A stretch of DNA of 64,000 nt from an uncultured delta proteobacterium (GCA_963715335.1 CAVQRZ010000009.1:96001-160000); one strand, 5' to 3'. Numbered from the stretch's first letter, positions 9,910 to 21,256 are shown. Notes: a model not told the origin generated them from the letters alone. Made by a program: numbers and translations.

Positions 9910-10190
9910 AAAAGCAGAACCGGCGGGTCGCGTCCCGCCGGACGCCATACTTTTGTCCGGCAACAAAAGTATGCAAAAGCGCCTTTCTCCTTGCGGAGGG
10001 CATCTCCTCTGCCGGATTTCTGTGGCTTCAAGAACCTGCTGTAATGGGGATCCGGCCCTGTGTCAAAGGGCCTGACCTTGCCGAGTGATTGACAAAGGAA
10101 AAGCCTAAAATCATAACCTTTTGGGCCAGCAAAAGAGCAAGGCGCCGTCGGGGGTCGCGCCCCCCTGACGGCACCTTACTCTTTTGTTTG
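9910..10190 (+). mobile_element. Internally deleted tandem copy (B) of the 430-bp element
   Basis: First ~200 nt match copy A, then the sequence jumps to the right-end TTTTGGGCCAGCAAAAGAG motif. Confidence 0.78.
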
Positions 10191-10273
10191 ACAAGCCCCT
10201 TTGCGTACGGTAGAAGTGACGGAATTATACTGACCCACGCCACTCCCCACCCTGATATCGAAAGGACGCGAAG

Positions 10274-11341
<1,068 letters not shown>

Positions 11342-11362
11342 GCCCTTTGCATAGATTAACTA

Positions 11363-11398
11363 GGGCACGTACCTGAGTTTTGGTACGTGCTTTTTTTT
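11363..11398 (+). terminator. Intrinsic terminator/attenuator after the BMP gene
   Basis: GCACGTACC...GGTACGTGC followed by T8. Confidence 0.7.
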
Positions 11399-11533
11399 GC
11401 GCCATGAAAAACCTTGTCACGCAAAGACGCAAAGAGGTGACTCAAGACGCAAAGATAAAGTATCTTTGTTGGAAGCAGCTTCTTTAGCGCTTTTTTTCTT
11501 CGCGCCTTTGCGTCATCGCGTTAGCTTTTCAGC

Positions 11534-13051
11534 ATGGCTTCTATGACCGACCTGCTACAAATCCGGAATATCCGCAAGACCTTCCCCGGGGTTGTCGCCC
11601 TCGACGAGGTTTCCCTGTCGATCGCGCCGGGAGAGATCCACACCCTGCTTGGCGAGAACGGCGCCGGCAAGAGCACCCTGATGAACGTGCTCACCGGGCT
11701 TTATCGTCCGGAACGCGGCGAGATCTGCTTTGACGGCGAACCGGCGACCTTCAGCAGCCCCCGCGAGTCGCTTGCCATGGGCATCGGCATGGTCCATCAG
11801 CATTTCATGCTGGTGCCTGCCCACAGCGTGTTCGAAAACGTTCTGCTGGCCCTTGATGGCGTGCCCAACTTCTATGTCCGCCGCACCTACCGGCAGCAGG
11901 TCCAGCAAATCCTCGACAAGTTCAATCTCGATATCGACCTCGACACACCGGTCTGGAAACTGTCGATCGGCGCCCAGCAATGGATCGAGCTGATCAAACT
12001 GCTGCTGCGCGACTGCCGTCTGCTGATCCTCGACGAACCGACCGCGGTGTTGACCCCTCAGGAGAGCGCCCGCCTGTTCGCCGTGCTGACCCAATTGCGC
12101 GACCAGGGCAAGAGCATTCTCTTCATCTCGCACAAGATGCGCGAAGTGATGGAGATCTCCGACCGGGTCACCGTGTTGAAAAAAGGCCGCAGCCTGGTTA
12201 CCCTGGCGCGCGGCGAGTACGATGAAAACCGCCTCGCCTCGCTGATGATCGGCGAGGACCATATCCCCGGCTGGCAGAAGAGTTTCCGCACCAGCCCGGA
12301 GCTGGCCCTGGAGATCAAAAACCTCTCGGTGCGCAACGACCGCGGCCTGGCCGACCTCGACAATTTCACTATGAAGCTGCATCGCGGCCAGATCCTCGGT
12401 ATCGCCGGGGTTGCCGGCAACGGCCAGAAAGCGCTGGCCGAAGTGCTGACCGGGCTCAGGGAACCGACCGGGGGACGGATCCTGGCCGGCGACCGGGATA
12501 TCACCAACAGCTCGGCGCGCGGCTCCTACATTGCCGGCATCGCCCATATCCCGGAAGACCGCAAGACGATCGGCATCGCCCCGGACATGACGGTCGATGA
12601 CAACCTGATCATGAAGAATTTCAACTCGCGGGCTTTCCGCCGCTGGATCTTCCAGGATCGCGCCGCGATCCGCCGCAACGCGGCGGACAAGATCGAACAG
12701 TTCTCGATCAAGGCAGGCCCCGCCGGCAACCCGGTGCGCTACCTCTCCGGCGGCAATATCCAGAAGGTCATCATCGCCCGCGAACTTTCGGAGAATCCAG
12801 CGGTTCTGGTTGCCCTCTACCCGACCCGCGGCCTCGATATCGGCAGCGCCGAGTACGTCCACAAGGTGATCGTCGACGGCTCCGGCAACGGCATGAGCAC
12901 CATCCTGATCTCCGAAGATCTCGACGAGCTGCTCAAACTCTCCGACGAGATCGTGGTCATGTTCCGCGGTCGCCTGGCCGGCTCGGTCGACCCGCAGGCC
13001 ACCACCCGCGAGGAGATCGGCCTGCTAATGGGCGGCGAGGTGCAACGATGA
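11534..13051 (+). CDS. Nucleoside/sugar ABC ATP-binding protein (two ABC domains)
   Basis: GENGAGKST, DEPTAVL, LSGGNIQK, PTRGLDIG. Confidence 0.92.
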   Translation: MASMTDLLQIRNIRKTFPGVVALDEVSLSIAPGEIHTLLGENGAGKSTLMNVLTGLYRPERGEICFDGEPATFSSPRESLAMGIGMVHQHFMLVPAHSVFENVLLALDGVPNFYVRRTYRQQVQQILDKFNLDIDLDTPVWKLSIGAQQWIELIKLLLRDCRLLILDEPTAVLTPQESARLFAVLTQLRDQGKSILFISHKMREVMEISDRVTVLKKGRSLVTLARGEYDENRLASLMIGEDHIPGWQKSFRTSPELALEIKNLSVRNDRGLADLDNFTMKLHRGQILGIAGVAGNGQKALAEVLTGLREPTGGRILAGDRDITNSSARGSYIAGIAHIPEDRKTIGIAPDMTVDDNLIMKNFNSRAFRRWIFQDRAAIRRNAADKIEQFSIKAGPAGNPVRYLSGGNIQKVIIARELSENPAVLVALYPTRGLDIGSAEYVHKVIVDGSGNGMSTILISEDLDELLKLSDEIVVMFRGRLAGSVDPQATTREEIGLLMGGEVQR

Positions 13052-14118
13052 AGCTGGTCACGGAAAAACGCGAGCTCTCATCCAGGCTGTTTCGCTGCAG
13101 CGCGCCGCTCGTCTCGATCCTGGTGGCGCTGTTCGTCGCCGGGTTCCTGCTGTTGGCCGCCGGCGTCAATCCGCTGCAGGCCTATCTCGAAATCGTCCAG
13201 GAGGCGCTCGGCTCAGTCTACGGCATCTCGGAAACCTTGGTCAAAACCACGCCGCTGATCTTTGCCAGCCTCGGCGTCTCGCTCGCCTTCCGCATGCAGA
13301 TCTGGAATATCGGTGCCGAGGGGCAGATCTACCTGGGCGCCTGCGGTGCCACAGCCGTGGCGCTCTTCTCGGGGCTGGAGAATCCAGCCGTGATGATCAC
13401 GGCGATGTTCTGCGCCGCCTTCTTAAGCGGTGGGCTGTGGGCCGGCGTCGCCGGGCTGCTGCGGGCCCGCTGGCAGGTCAACGAGGTCATTGTCACCCTG
13501 CTGATGAACTACATCGCCATCCTCGGCGTCGACTATCTGATTTACGGGCCCTGGAAGGACCCCAAGGGTTTCAACTTCCCCCTGACCGCCCAGTTCAGCG
13601 ATGCGGCGCGGCTCACCGAGTATTTCGATACCCGCCTGCACAGCGGCTTCCTCCTCGCCCTGTTTTGCGCCCTGGTCCTTTACCTGTTCATGGAGCGTAC
13701 GATCTGGGGCTACGAGATCAAGGTGATCGGCAGCAACCCGAAGGCCGCCAAGTATGCCGGGATGAACACCGGGCTGGCGATCTTCTGCGTGCTCTTCTTA
13801 AGCGGCGCGATCGCCGGGATCGCCGGGTTCGGCGAGGTGGCCGGCCTGCAGCATCGCCTGCAGCACGGCATTTCCCCCGGCTACGGCTACACGGCGATCA
13901 TCATCGCCTGGCTGGCCAGGCGCAGCGCCCTGGGAGTGGTGATCGTCTCTTTCCTGATGGGCGTGCTGCTGGTCGGCGGCGACAGCCTGCAGCTGACCTG
14001 GCAGCTGCCGGTCGCGTTCGTATATGCCTTCCAGGGGCTGATCCTGTTCTTCCTGCTGGCCTCGGACTTCTTTATCCACAACCGACTGAAGCTGGTCCGG
14101 GGAGAGCGCCATGCTTGA
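13048..14118 (+). CDS. Nucleoside ABC permease
   Basis: WNIGAEGQ, NEVIVTLLMNY; multiple TMs. Confidence 0.9.
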   Translation: MKLVTEKRELSSRLFRCSAPLVSILVALFVAGFLLLAAGVNPLQAYLEIVQEALGSVYGISETLVKTTPLIFASLGVSLAFRMQIWNIGAEGQIYLGACGATAVALFSGLENPAVMITAMFCAAFLSGGLWAGVAGLLRARWQVNEVIVTLLMNYIAILGVDYLIYGPWKDPKGFNFPLTAQFSDAARLTEYFDTRLHSGFLLALFCALVLYLFMERTIWGYEIKVIGSNPKAAKYAGMNTGLAIFCVLFLSGAIAGIAGFGEVAGLQHRLQHGISPGYGYTAIIIAWLARRSALGVVIVSFLMGVLLVGGDSLQLTWQLPVAFVYAFQGLILFFLLASDFFIHNRLKLVRGERHA

Positions 14119-15031
14119 GATCCTGCTCGACGCAACGGTCCGCTCCGGCACGCCGATCCTGTTTGCCACCCTCGGTGCGATCATCAACGAGCGCGCCGGG
14201 ATCATCAACCTCGGCATCGAGGGGCTGATGCTGATCGGCGCCCTGGCCGGGTTTGCCGGCACCCAGGCGAGCGGTTCGCTGCTGGTCGGCGTGCTCGCCG
14301 CATTCGTCGCCGCGATGCTGGCAGGGAGCATACATGCCTTCATCACCGTGCCGTTGCGCGGCAACCAGATCGTCAGCGGCCTGGCCTTGACCATGTTCGG
14401 CGTCGGCATCACCGCCCTGTTCGGCCGCAGCATGGTCGGTCTGACCATCGCCGGCTTCGAACGGGTCGCGATACCCGGCTTGAGCCGGCTGCCGGTGATC
14501 GGCAAGCCGTTTTTCAACCAGGATATGCTGATCTATTTCAGCTTCCTGCTGGTGGTTGCGATCGCCTTCTTCTTTTACCGGACCCGCTGGGGGCTGGCCC
14601 TGCGCACGGTCGGCGAGAACCCGGCGGCAGCGGATACCTGCGGCGTACCGGTGCTGCTGACCCGCTTCCTGGCGGTGACGGTCGGCTCCGGGATTGTCGG
14701 CATCGGCGGGGCCTACCTGAGCCTGGCGACGACCCCGATGTGGATCGAAAACATGTCGGCCGGGCGCGGCTGGATCGCCGTGGCGCTGGTCATCTTCGCC
14801 TCCTGGTCGAGCTACCGGGCGCTGGCCGGCGCCTACCTGTTCGGCGGCATCACCGCCATGCAGCTGCGTTTCCAGGCGATGGGCACCACGGTCAGCGCCC
14901 ATATTCTGCAGATGCTCCCCTACTTTTTCACTATCCTGGTCCTGGTGATCTCGACCATCCGGCTGCAAAAAGGCGCGTCGCAGCAACCGGAGAACCTTGG
15001 CCAGCCCTATGATCGAGAGGATCGCAAATGA
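14111..15031 (+). CDS. Nucleoside ABC permease
   Basis: ERAGIINLGIEG, GRGWIAVALV. Confidence 0.9.
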   Translation: MLEILLDATVRSGTPILFATLGAIINERAGIINLGIEGLMLIGALAGFAGTQASGSLLVGVLAAFVAAMLAGSIHAFITVPLRGNQIVSGLALTMFGVGITALFGRSMVGLTIAGFERVAIPGLSRLPVIGKPFFNQDMLIYFSFLLVVAIAFFFYRTRWGLALRTVGENPAAADTCGVPVLLTRFLAVTVGSGIVGIGGAYLSLATTPMWIENMSAGRGWIAVALVIFASWSSYRALAGAYLFGGITAMQLRFQAMGTTVSAHILQMLPYFFTILVLVISTIRLQKGASQQPENLGQPYDREDRK

Positions 15032-15558
15032 ACCCGGTCGCCCAGGAGCTCTATCAACGCGTCAGGCGCGAGGGCGCAATCGACGGCCAGGTGATCAAGG
15101 TCGATCGTTTTCTCAATCACATGGTCGACCCGCTCCTGATGAATCGCCTCGGCGCCGAGCTCTACAGCCGGTTTGCCAAACGCAAAATCGACAAGGTCAT
15201 TACCGCAGAGAGCAGCGGCATCATGATCGCCCAGGCGATCGCCGGGCACTTCGGTGTGCCTTTCATCTATGCCAAGAAGAAGCGCCCCCTGACCATGCAG
15301 GAATTCTACGCCGCGGCGAGCTACTCCTTTACCAAGCAGGAATCGACGACCCTGTACGTTTCACGGGAGGTGCTCCAGCCGCGCGAGCGCCTGCTGTTTG
15401 CCGACGACTTCTTCGCCGCCGGCTCGACCTGCAAGGCGATCGAACAGATCATCGAGCAGGCTGGCGCGACTCTGGTCGGTACGGCGGTGATTATCAACAA
15501 GTCGGACCGTCGGGATATAGAGTCGATTTTAACTATGGCTGATTTTGCCAGCGGGTAA
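15028..15558 (+). CDS. xpt: Xanthine phosphoribosyltransferase
   Basis: IKVDRFLNH, ITAESSGI, YAKKK, SYSFTK and the PRPP motif FADDFFAAG; coupled to the purine transporter. Confidence 0.8.
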   Translation: MNPVAQELYQRVRREGAIDGQVIKVDRFLNHMVDPLLMNRLGAELYSRFAKRKIDKVITAESSGIMIAQAIAGHFGVPFIYAKKKRPLTMQEFYAAASYSFTKQESTTLYVSREVLQPRERLLFADDFFAAGSTCKAIEQIIEQAGATLVGTAVIINKSDRRDIESILTMADFASG

Positions 15559-15694
15559 ATTCTTCAACGCAAAAGCGCAAAGGAACACCCTCAAATATCC
15601 ATGCTTTCTTTGCGTCTTGATGCATCCCTTTGCGCCTTTGCGTTAAATATATTTCGTTTCACATTTAACCTTTCACCCCCGAACGGAACAGTCC

Positions 15695-16144
15695 ATGTCG
15701 ACCGCAACCCTGTTTATCCTGATGGCCCTGGTCGCCGGCATTTCGGTGCCGACCCAGGCAGGTATTAACGCCCAACTCGGGCTCTGGACCAAGTCACCGG
15801 TCCTGGCCGCGACCATCTCCTTTGCCGTCGGCACCCTGACCCTGGTCGCCTATACCCTGATCGCCCGCATCCCCCTGCCGGCGCTCGCCGGGATCGGCGG
15901 ACACCCCTGGTGGATCTGGATCGGCGGCGCGCTCGGCGCTTTTTTCGTCACCGCGACGATCATCCTGGTCCCCAAGCTCGGTGCGACGACCATGGTGACG
16001 ACGGTTTTGGCCGGACAGATGTTCGCCTCGCTGCTGCTCGACCACTTCGGGGCCCTCGGTTACCCGTTGCACCCGGTCAGCCTCGGTCGGGTTGCCGGCG
16101 TGCTGCTGGTGTGCGTCGGGGTCTGGTTGATCAAGGCCTTCTGA
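15695..16144 (+). CDS. DMT family transporter (YdcZ-like)
   Basis: QAGINAQL, PWWIWIGGALGA, GQMFASLLLDHFG. Confidence 0.85.
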   Translation: MSTATLFILMALVAGISVPTQAGINAQLGLWTKSPVLAATISFAVGTLTLVAYTLIARIPLPALAGIGGHPWWIWIGGALGAFFVTATIILVPKLGATTMVTTVLAGQMFASLLLDHFGALGYPLHPVSLGRVAGVLLVCVGVWLIKAF

Positions 16145-16223
16145 TAACGCCCCTTCTAAAAGGGGCCCCGTACCAATCGCTGGAATTTGCGTTATAGTTG
16201 TTCGACCAAGGCTTAAGGAGGTC

Positions 16224-16697
16224 ATGATGAAACGATTGATTCGGGCAGGGACTGTCGCCGCGGCAAGCCTGCTGGCAGCCAACGCGGCGGCGCTGGAAGT
16301 CGGCACCCCGGCTCCCGACTTTACCGCAACGTCCACGCAGGGCGAGATTGTCCTCAGCCAGAGGGTGCTCAAGGGCCCGGTCGTCCTGGCCTATTATCCC
16401 GCTGATTTCACCCCTGGCTGAACCAGTGAAATGAAGGCTTTTCAGAACGACATCGCCCGTTTTGAAAAGCTCAACGTCCAGGTCCTGGGCGTCAGCGGCG
16501 ATTCACTGGAAACCCATCAGGCGTTTGCCGAAGAACTTGGGCTGAGCTTTCCGCTGCTGGTCGACGACGGTAGCATCCGCAAGCACTATGGCAGCGGCCG
16601 GATCACCCACCTGATCGACCGGCACGGCATCGTTCGCTATGTCCACAAGGGGATGCCGGACAACGAAAAGCTGCTGCAGGAAATCGGCAACTTGTAA
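16224..16697 (+). CDS. Exported peroxiredoxin (BCP/PrxQ type), selenoprotein with UGA-Sec at 16419-16421
   Basis: Two in-frame ORFs joined by TGA at the peroxidatic position (YPADFTPG-U-TSE); signal peptide; downstream hairpin. Confidence 0.88.
16437..16470 (+). promoter_or_regulatory. Putative bacterial SECIS hairpin
   Basis: GCTTTTCAGAACG-ACATCGCC-CGTTTTGAAAAGC, a 13-bp stem with one G-U pair, starting 16 nt after the UGA. Confidence 0.7.
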
Positions 16698-16742
16698 ACC
16701 CGCTGGTTGAATCCGGCGACACAGGACGAATCGGTTGCCGAA

Positions 16743-17576
16743 TTATTTGTGCCGTGATTCGTAGCCGAGTATGGCCTTTTTACGCGCCGTGCCCCACCGG
16801 TAGCCACCAACGGCACCGTTTGACCTGAGCACCCTGTGACAGGGGATCAGGTAAGCGATCGGGTTGCGACCAACCGCGGTGCCGACCGCCCGGCCGGCGC
16901 CGGGGCGACCGACCGCTTCGGCAAGCGCCCCGTAGGAGACCGCAACGCCTTCCGGGATCTTCAATAGCGCCTCCCAGACCTTGACCTGGAAATTGGTCCC
17001 CTTGAGCAGGACCCTGATCGGCGGCTGGCCGGCGCAGGCGGCCGGCGAAAAGGCCTGCCTGATTGCCAGCCTGCCTGCCTCGCAATGTTCGGCGAGGGAG
17101 GCTTCAGGCCAGTTCCGCCGCAACTCCGCCAGGGCCTGGGTCCGGTTGGCCCCAGCGACAAAACCGAGATGACAGATGCCGCGGCGCGATTCTGCAACCA
17201 GGCAGGTGCCGAACGGTGTGTCATGAAAGGCGTAGCCGAGCTCGAGGTTGACGCCGGCGCTTTTGAATTCGCCCGGGGTGACGGCATCGACGCTGACAAA
17301 CAGATCGTGCAAGCGTCCCGGGCCGCTCAGACCGACCTCATACGAAGCGTCCAGGACCGAGGCCGAGTCCCGCAGCAGCTGCCTGGCGTGCTCGACGGTG
17401 AGGTATTGCAGAAAGCGTTTCGGGCTGACTCCGGCCCAGCGCTTGAACAGGCGCTGGAAGTGGCAAGGACTCAGGCCCACATAATCGGCCACAGCGTCGA
17501 GCGACGGCTGCTCAACCGCATGTTTTTCGAGAAAGCGGATCGCCTCTTCAATACGTTGATAGTCTGGGTGATTCAC
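16743..17576 (-). CDS. Ada-like AraC HTH / methylated-DNA-protein-cysteine methyltransferase
   Basis: HFQRLFKRWAGVSP, GTNFQVKVW and IPCHRV active site; GTG start after GGAG. Confidence 0.88.
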   Translation of the reverse strand: MNHPDYQRIEEAIRFLEKHAVEQPSLDAVADYVGLSPCHFQRLFKRWAGVSPKRFLQYLTVEHARQLLRDSASVLDASYEVGLSGPGRLHDLFVSVDAVTPGEFKSAGVNLELGYAFHDTPFGTCLVAESRRGICHLGFVAGANRTQALAELRRNWPEASLAEHCEAGRLAIRQAFSPAACAGQPPIRVLLKGTNFQVKVWEALLKIPEGVAVSYGALAEAVGRPGAGRAVGTAVGRNPIAYLIPCHRVLRSNGAVGGYRWGTARKKAILGYESRHK

Positions 17577-17904
17577 AACTGCGACTCCATCATCATCTGT
17601 CCTGCACACTGTTACGCCAAAAGATATCACCCCTCGAACTACGCGCCCACCCGTTTCTTGCGCCAGGAGCCTTGAACGCGTGGGCATTGTTGTGTCAGAA
17701 CAGCTGACAACAGCGTGTCTCGATAGCGCATAATCGGTTCGGCACGGCAGGACCGGCAAACCACCATCCCTTTTTAAAATGCATGATTTCAGACACTTAA
17801 CTTCGCATAGCGGGCGGCAAAGAGTTTCTGGTACGTACTTTGCGACAGATCTTCTTTGCCAGCTCGGGCTAGGCGTAAAATCATGGCTTAACGGTGAACC
17901 CATC

Positions 17905-18333
17905 ATGCATAACTATAAAATTGCAACAGACCACAAACTGGTCTTTGTGCAGATGAATGGCGAATTCTCGGTCCGGGATCTCGTCAATATCATGACCGAA
18001 GTGTCAAGGGACACGGATTATGATCCGTCTTTCCACTCGATTGTTGACCTACAGAATTCGGCAACCATCATCCCCGCGCTGGAATCCCAGCGCGTCATTG
18101 AAGCCGCGACGCTGATTATTGGCCAGGCCCCTGCCAAAAGTGCCGTCGTCACCAGCAGCATATTCCGGAAAAACATTGTCGACATGGCCGGTTGGTTGAG
18201 TAAAAGCAAGAATATCGAAATCAGGGGCTTTACGAACCTGACAGAGGCCTGCGCCTGGCTGCAGGTTGATGACAAAATACTGCCCTTCCCCTGCAAAGGA
18301 TTCCGCGTCGCAACGACAGGATGCGACGGCTGA
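17905..18333 (+). CDS. Hypothetical protein (SpoIIAA/STAS-like small alpha/beta domain)
   Basis: IVDL...AVV...F....EA..WL pattern. Confidence 0.55.
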   Translation: MHNYKIATDHKLVFVQMNGEFSVRDLVNIMTEVSRDTDYDPSFHSIVDLQNSATIIPALESQRVIEAATLIIGQAPAKSAVVTSSIFRKNIVDMAGWLSKSKNIEIRGFTNLTEACAWLQVDDKILPFPCKGFRVATTGCDG

Positions 18334-18454
18334 AAAGCCCTTGCCTGCCGGCAAAAGTGGCAGCAGAAGCCTTTTCCATGTAAACTGCTGGTATCTTGCC
18401 GCCATGGCCATGCGTTATGCTGGCGATCATATCAATGCTTGACAAAGGTTCCGC

Positions 18455-19162
18455 ATGCTCCCGCCCAAACCGATCAACCCGATCCTGATCGTCGAGGACG
18501 ATCGCAACACCGCGGCCCTGATTGCGACCTATCTCGAACGGGAGGGTTTCGCGACGCAGACTGTGCATGACGGCGCCGAAGCACTGGCCCTCGCCGGCAG
18601 GCAGGCGCCCGGGTTCGTGATCCTCGACATCATGCTGCCTGGCGTTGACGGCTGGGAGATCTGCCGCGAACTGCGCAAGCTCTCCGATGTGCCGATCCTT
18701 ATGCTGACTGCCCGCGAGGAGGAGATCGACCGGGTGCTGGGCCTCTCCCTCGGCGCCGACGATTACGTCGTCAAGCCCTTCAGCCCGCGTGAACTGGTGG
18801 AACGGGTCAAGGCGATCCTGCGGCGAACCTCGCGGCGCGCCGAACCGGTCTGTGAACTCAGGCACGCCGAGCTGGTCCTCGATATCGACAAACGCCGGGT
18901 GACCCTCGACGGACAACCGGTCGAGCTGACGGCGGTGGAGTACAAACTGCTGCAAGCGCTGATGAGCGCGCCGGGCAAGGCCCTGTCCCGTGATGACCTG
19001 CTCAACCACATTTACCAGCGCGGCGAGGCGGTTGTTGACCGGGTGGTTGACGTACACATCGGGCATTTGCGGCAGAAGCTTGCCGACGATGCCGCGGAGC
19101 CCCGCTTTATCGAAACCGTGCGCGGCTTCGGCTACCGCTTCGCCGATCGGCAACAGCCATGA
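18455..19162 (+). CDS. OmpR-family response regulator
   Basis: ILIVEDD, LDIMLP, GADDYVVKPF, ETVRGFGYRF. Confidence 0.93.
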   Translation: MLPPKPINPILIVEDDRNTAALIATYLEREGFATQTVHDGAEALALAGRQAPGFVILDIMLPGVDGWEICRELRKLSDVPILMLTAREEEIDRVLGLSLGADDYVVKPFSPRELVERVKAILRRTSRRAEPVCELRHAELVLDIDKRRVTLDGQPVELTAVEYKLLQALMSAPGKALSRDDLLNHIYQRGEAVVDRVVDVHIGHLRQKLADDAAEPRFIETVRGFGYRFADRQQP

Positions 19163-20226
19163 AGCTTCGCCTGCACTGGAAGCTGATGCTGGTGACCACG
19201 ATACCGGTGATTGCGGTGATCACCGGCATTATCTGGCTGGCCTTCGATCAGCTGGCCGCAGACTACTTCATGGTGCTGATGGACAAGTACATGGTCTCGC
19301 CCACTGACACGCACCGGGCCTTTTTGACCGCCGTCCACCGTTACCTGCTCTGGGCAAGCCTGGTCGCTCTCTGCCTGGCCTTCCTGCTCAGCTACCTGTT
19401 GACCCGACGCGTACTGCGCCCCCTGGTGCAGATCAGCGAAGCCAGTCGGCAGATTGCCGCCGGCAACTTCTCAAACCGTGTCGAAGCTGTCTCGGGCGAT
19501 GAGATCGGTGACCTCGGCCAGGCCTTCAACCGCATGAGCGACAGCCTGGAACGCCTTGAACAGCTGCGCAAATCGATGGTCTCCGACGTTGCCCACGAAT
19601 TGCGCACCCCGCTCACCAATTTGCGCGGCTACCTGGAAGGCTTGAGCGACGGCGTCATCCCGCCGGACAAGGCGACTTTCGAGATGCTGCAGCAGGAGAA
19701 CCTGCGTCTGGTCAACCTGGTCGAGGACCTTGGTCAGCTGGCGCGGGCCGATGCCGCCCGGGCCTTTCTTGATCGCCGGCCGGTCGATCTGAACGGCTGC
19801 ATCAGTGAAATGCTGAACCTCTACCGGATGAGCCTCGACGAGAAGCAGATCCGGCTCACGACCCGCTTCACCGGCGAGGTGTCCACCGTTCCTGCCGACC
19901 GCGACAAGCTTTTGCAGGCGGTGCGCAACCTGATTGACAATAGCCTGAAGTACACTCCGGCAGGCGGTACGGTGTCGATTACCAGCGCCCGCACCCCGGG
20001 CGGCATGCGCGTCGACTTTGTGAACGACGGTCCGGGCATCCCGGCCGCCGAACTCCCTTATGTTTTCGAAAGATTTTTCCGCGCCGAATACTCACGTTCG
20101 AGAGATGCCGGCGGCGCCGGGATCGGTCTGGCCATCGTCAAGCAGCTGATCGAAGCCCACGGCGGCCAGGTCGGCGCCGCAAGCGTTGCCGGCGAAACCC
20201 GCATCTGGTTCGAGCTCCCCGCCTGA
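19159..20226 (+). CDS. HAMP-domain sensor histidine kinase (BaeS-like)
   Basis: Two TMs, HAMP, AHELRTP, GAGIGLAI. Confidence 0.92.
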   Translation: MKLRLHWKLMLVTTIPVIAVITGIIWLAFDQLAADYFMVLMDKYMVSPTDTHRAFLTAVHRYLLWASLVALCLAFLLSYLLTRRVLRPLVQISEASRQIAAGNFSNRVEAVSGDEIGDLGQAFNRMSDSLERLEQLRKSMVSDVAHELRTPLTNLRGYLEGLSDGVIPPDKATFEMLQQENLRLVNLVEDLGQLARADAARAFLDRRPVDLNGCISEMLNLYRMSLDEKQIRLTTRFTGEVSTVPADRDKLLQAVRNLIDNSLKYTPAGGTVSITSARTPGGMRVDFVNDGPGIPAAELPYVFERFFRAEYSRSRDAGGAGIGLAIVKQLIEAHGGQVGAASVAGETRIWFELPA

Positions 20227-20271
20227 CCCCCCTTCCCCCTTTCCCTTCACCCCTTCCCTGGGGTTAAAAAA

Positions 20272-20291
20272 CTTTACCGAATCTTTACCGA
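20272..20291 (+). promoter_or_regulatory. Direct repeat CTTTACCGA x2 (11-bp period), candidate OmpR-family operator
   Basis: Located between the kinase gene and the msr operon. Confidence 0.55.
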
Positions 20292-20363
20292 CCCTTGCTC
20301 ATCTGTTTACAGCCGTTTGTTAGCCTCTGTCACAAGCAAGCCCCAAGTGAAAGGACCAAGGCC

Positions 20364-20690
20364 ATGCAAACCTCAATACTTGTTACAGCAACTCTTCTGA
20401 CCATTCTGCTGGTCGCATTCAGCGCTGCCGCAGAGCTCCCCCCGGGGATGGCGAAGGCCACCTTCGTCGTCCACTGTTATGACGTCGGCGCCCATGCCCT
20501 TGATGGCAAACCCGGGGTCATCTCTGTCGAGCGCGGCTGGAGCGGCTCGCGCGAAGTCGACCGGGTGGTATATAATCCTAAAGAAGTATCGATCGTACAA
20601 CTCGAAGACTGGCTCAGGGCTGCGGACACCTACGTCAGCACCCTGGAGCAGACGATGAGCACCGAATCCGCAAAGGAGATCTCACAATGA
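20364..20690 (+). CDS. Small exported single-Cys protein with MsrA/HMA-like fold
   Basis: Signal peptide; VHCYDVG...GVISVERGW...EVDRVVYNP resembles the MsrA core; stop overlaps the msrB start. Confidence 0.65.
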   Translation: MQTSILVTATLLTILLVAFSAAAELPPGMAKATFVVHCYDVGAHALDGKPGVISVERGWSGSREVDRVVYNPKEVSIVQLEDWLRAADTYVSTLEQTMSTESAKEISQ

Positions 20691-21256
20691 AAAGACGCGA
20701 TTTTCTGAAGAGCACGGCTGTTGTGGCCGCCGGCACCTCGGCCTCCCTGGCCACGCTCAACTTGATCGATGCCCGGCTGATGTCGTTTTTTTCCCCGAAC
20801 GCCGCCAACGCGGCAGAGCAGATCAAGGTCTATGCCGTCTCAGAGGGGCAATACATCATGACCGGGAAAGTTGCAAAGAGTGCCGCTGAATGGCGCACAC
20901 TGCTGACGCCGGAACAGTTCCATATCCTGCGAGAAAAAGGCACTGAGCCCGCGTTTACCGGCATCTACGATAAACATTACCAAGCGGGTGTTTACCAATG
21001 TGCCGGTTGCCGCCTCGACCTGTACGCCTCCAAGGACAAGTTCGATTCCAGGACCGGCTGGCCGAGCTTTACCGCCCCGGTCGCCGCAGAGAACATCGCC
21101 ACGGAAGACGACTTCAGCTTCTTCAGCCATCGCACCGAGCTGCTCTGTGCCCGTTGTGATGGACACCTTGGACACGTCTTTGACGATGGCCCTCAGCCTA
21201 CCGGTCTGCGGCACTGTATCAACTCGGCCTCGCTCAGCTTTGTTGCCAGCAAGTAA
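20687..21256 (+). CDS. msrB: Methionine-R-sulfoxide reductase with Tat signal
   Basis: KRRDFLK twin-arginine motif; GTEPAF, GWPSF, GHLGHVFDDGP, RHCINS; two CxxC. Confidence 0.93.
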   Translation: MKRRDFLKSTAVVAAGTSASLATLNLIDARLMSFFSPNAANAAEQIKVYAVSEGQYIMTGKVAKSAAEWRTLLTPEQFHILREKGTEPAFTGIYDKHYQAGVYQCAGCRLDLYASKDKFDSRTGWPSFTAPVAAENIATEDDFSFFSHRTELLCARCDGHLGHVFDDGPQPTGLRHCINSASLSFVASK

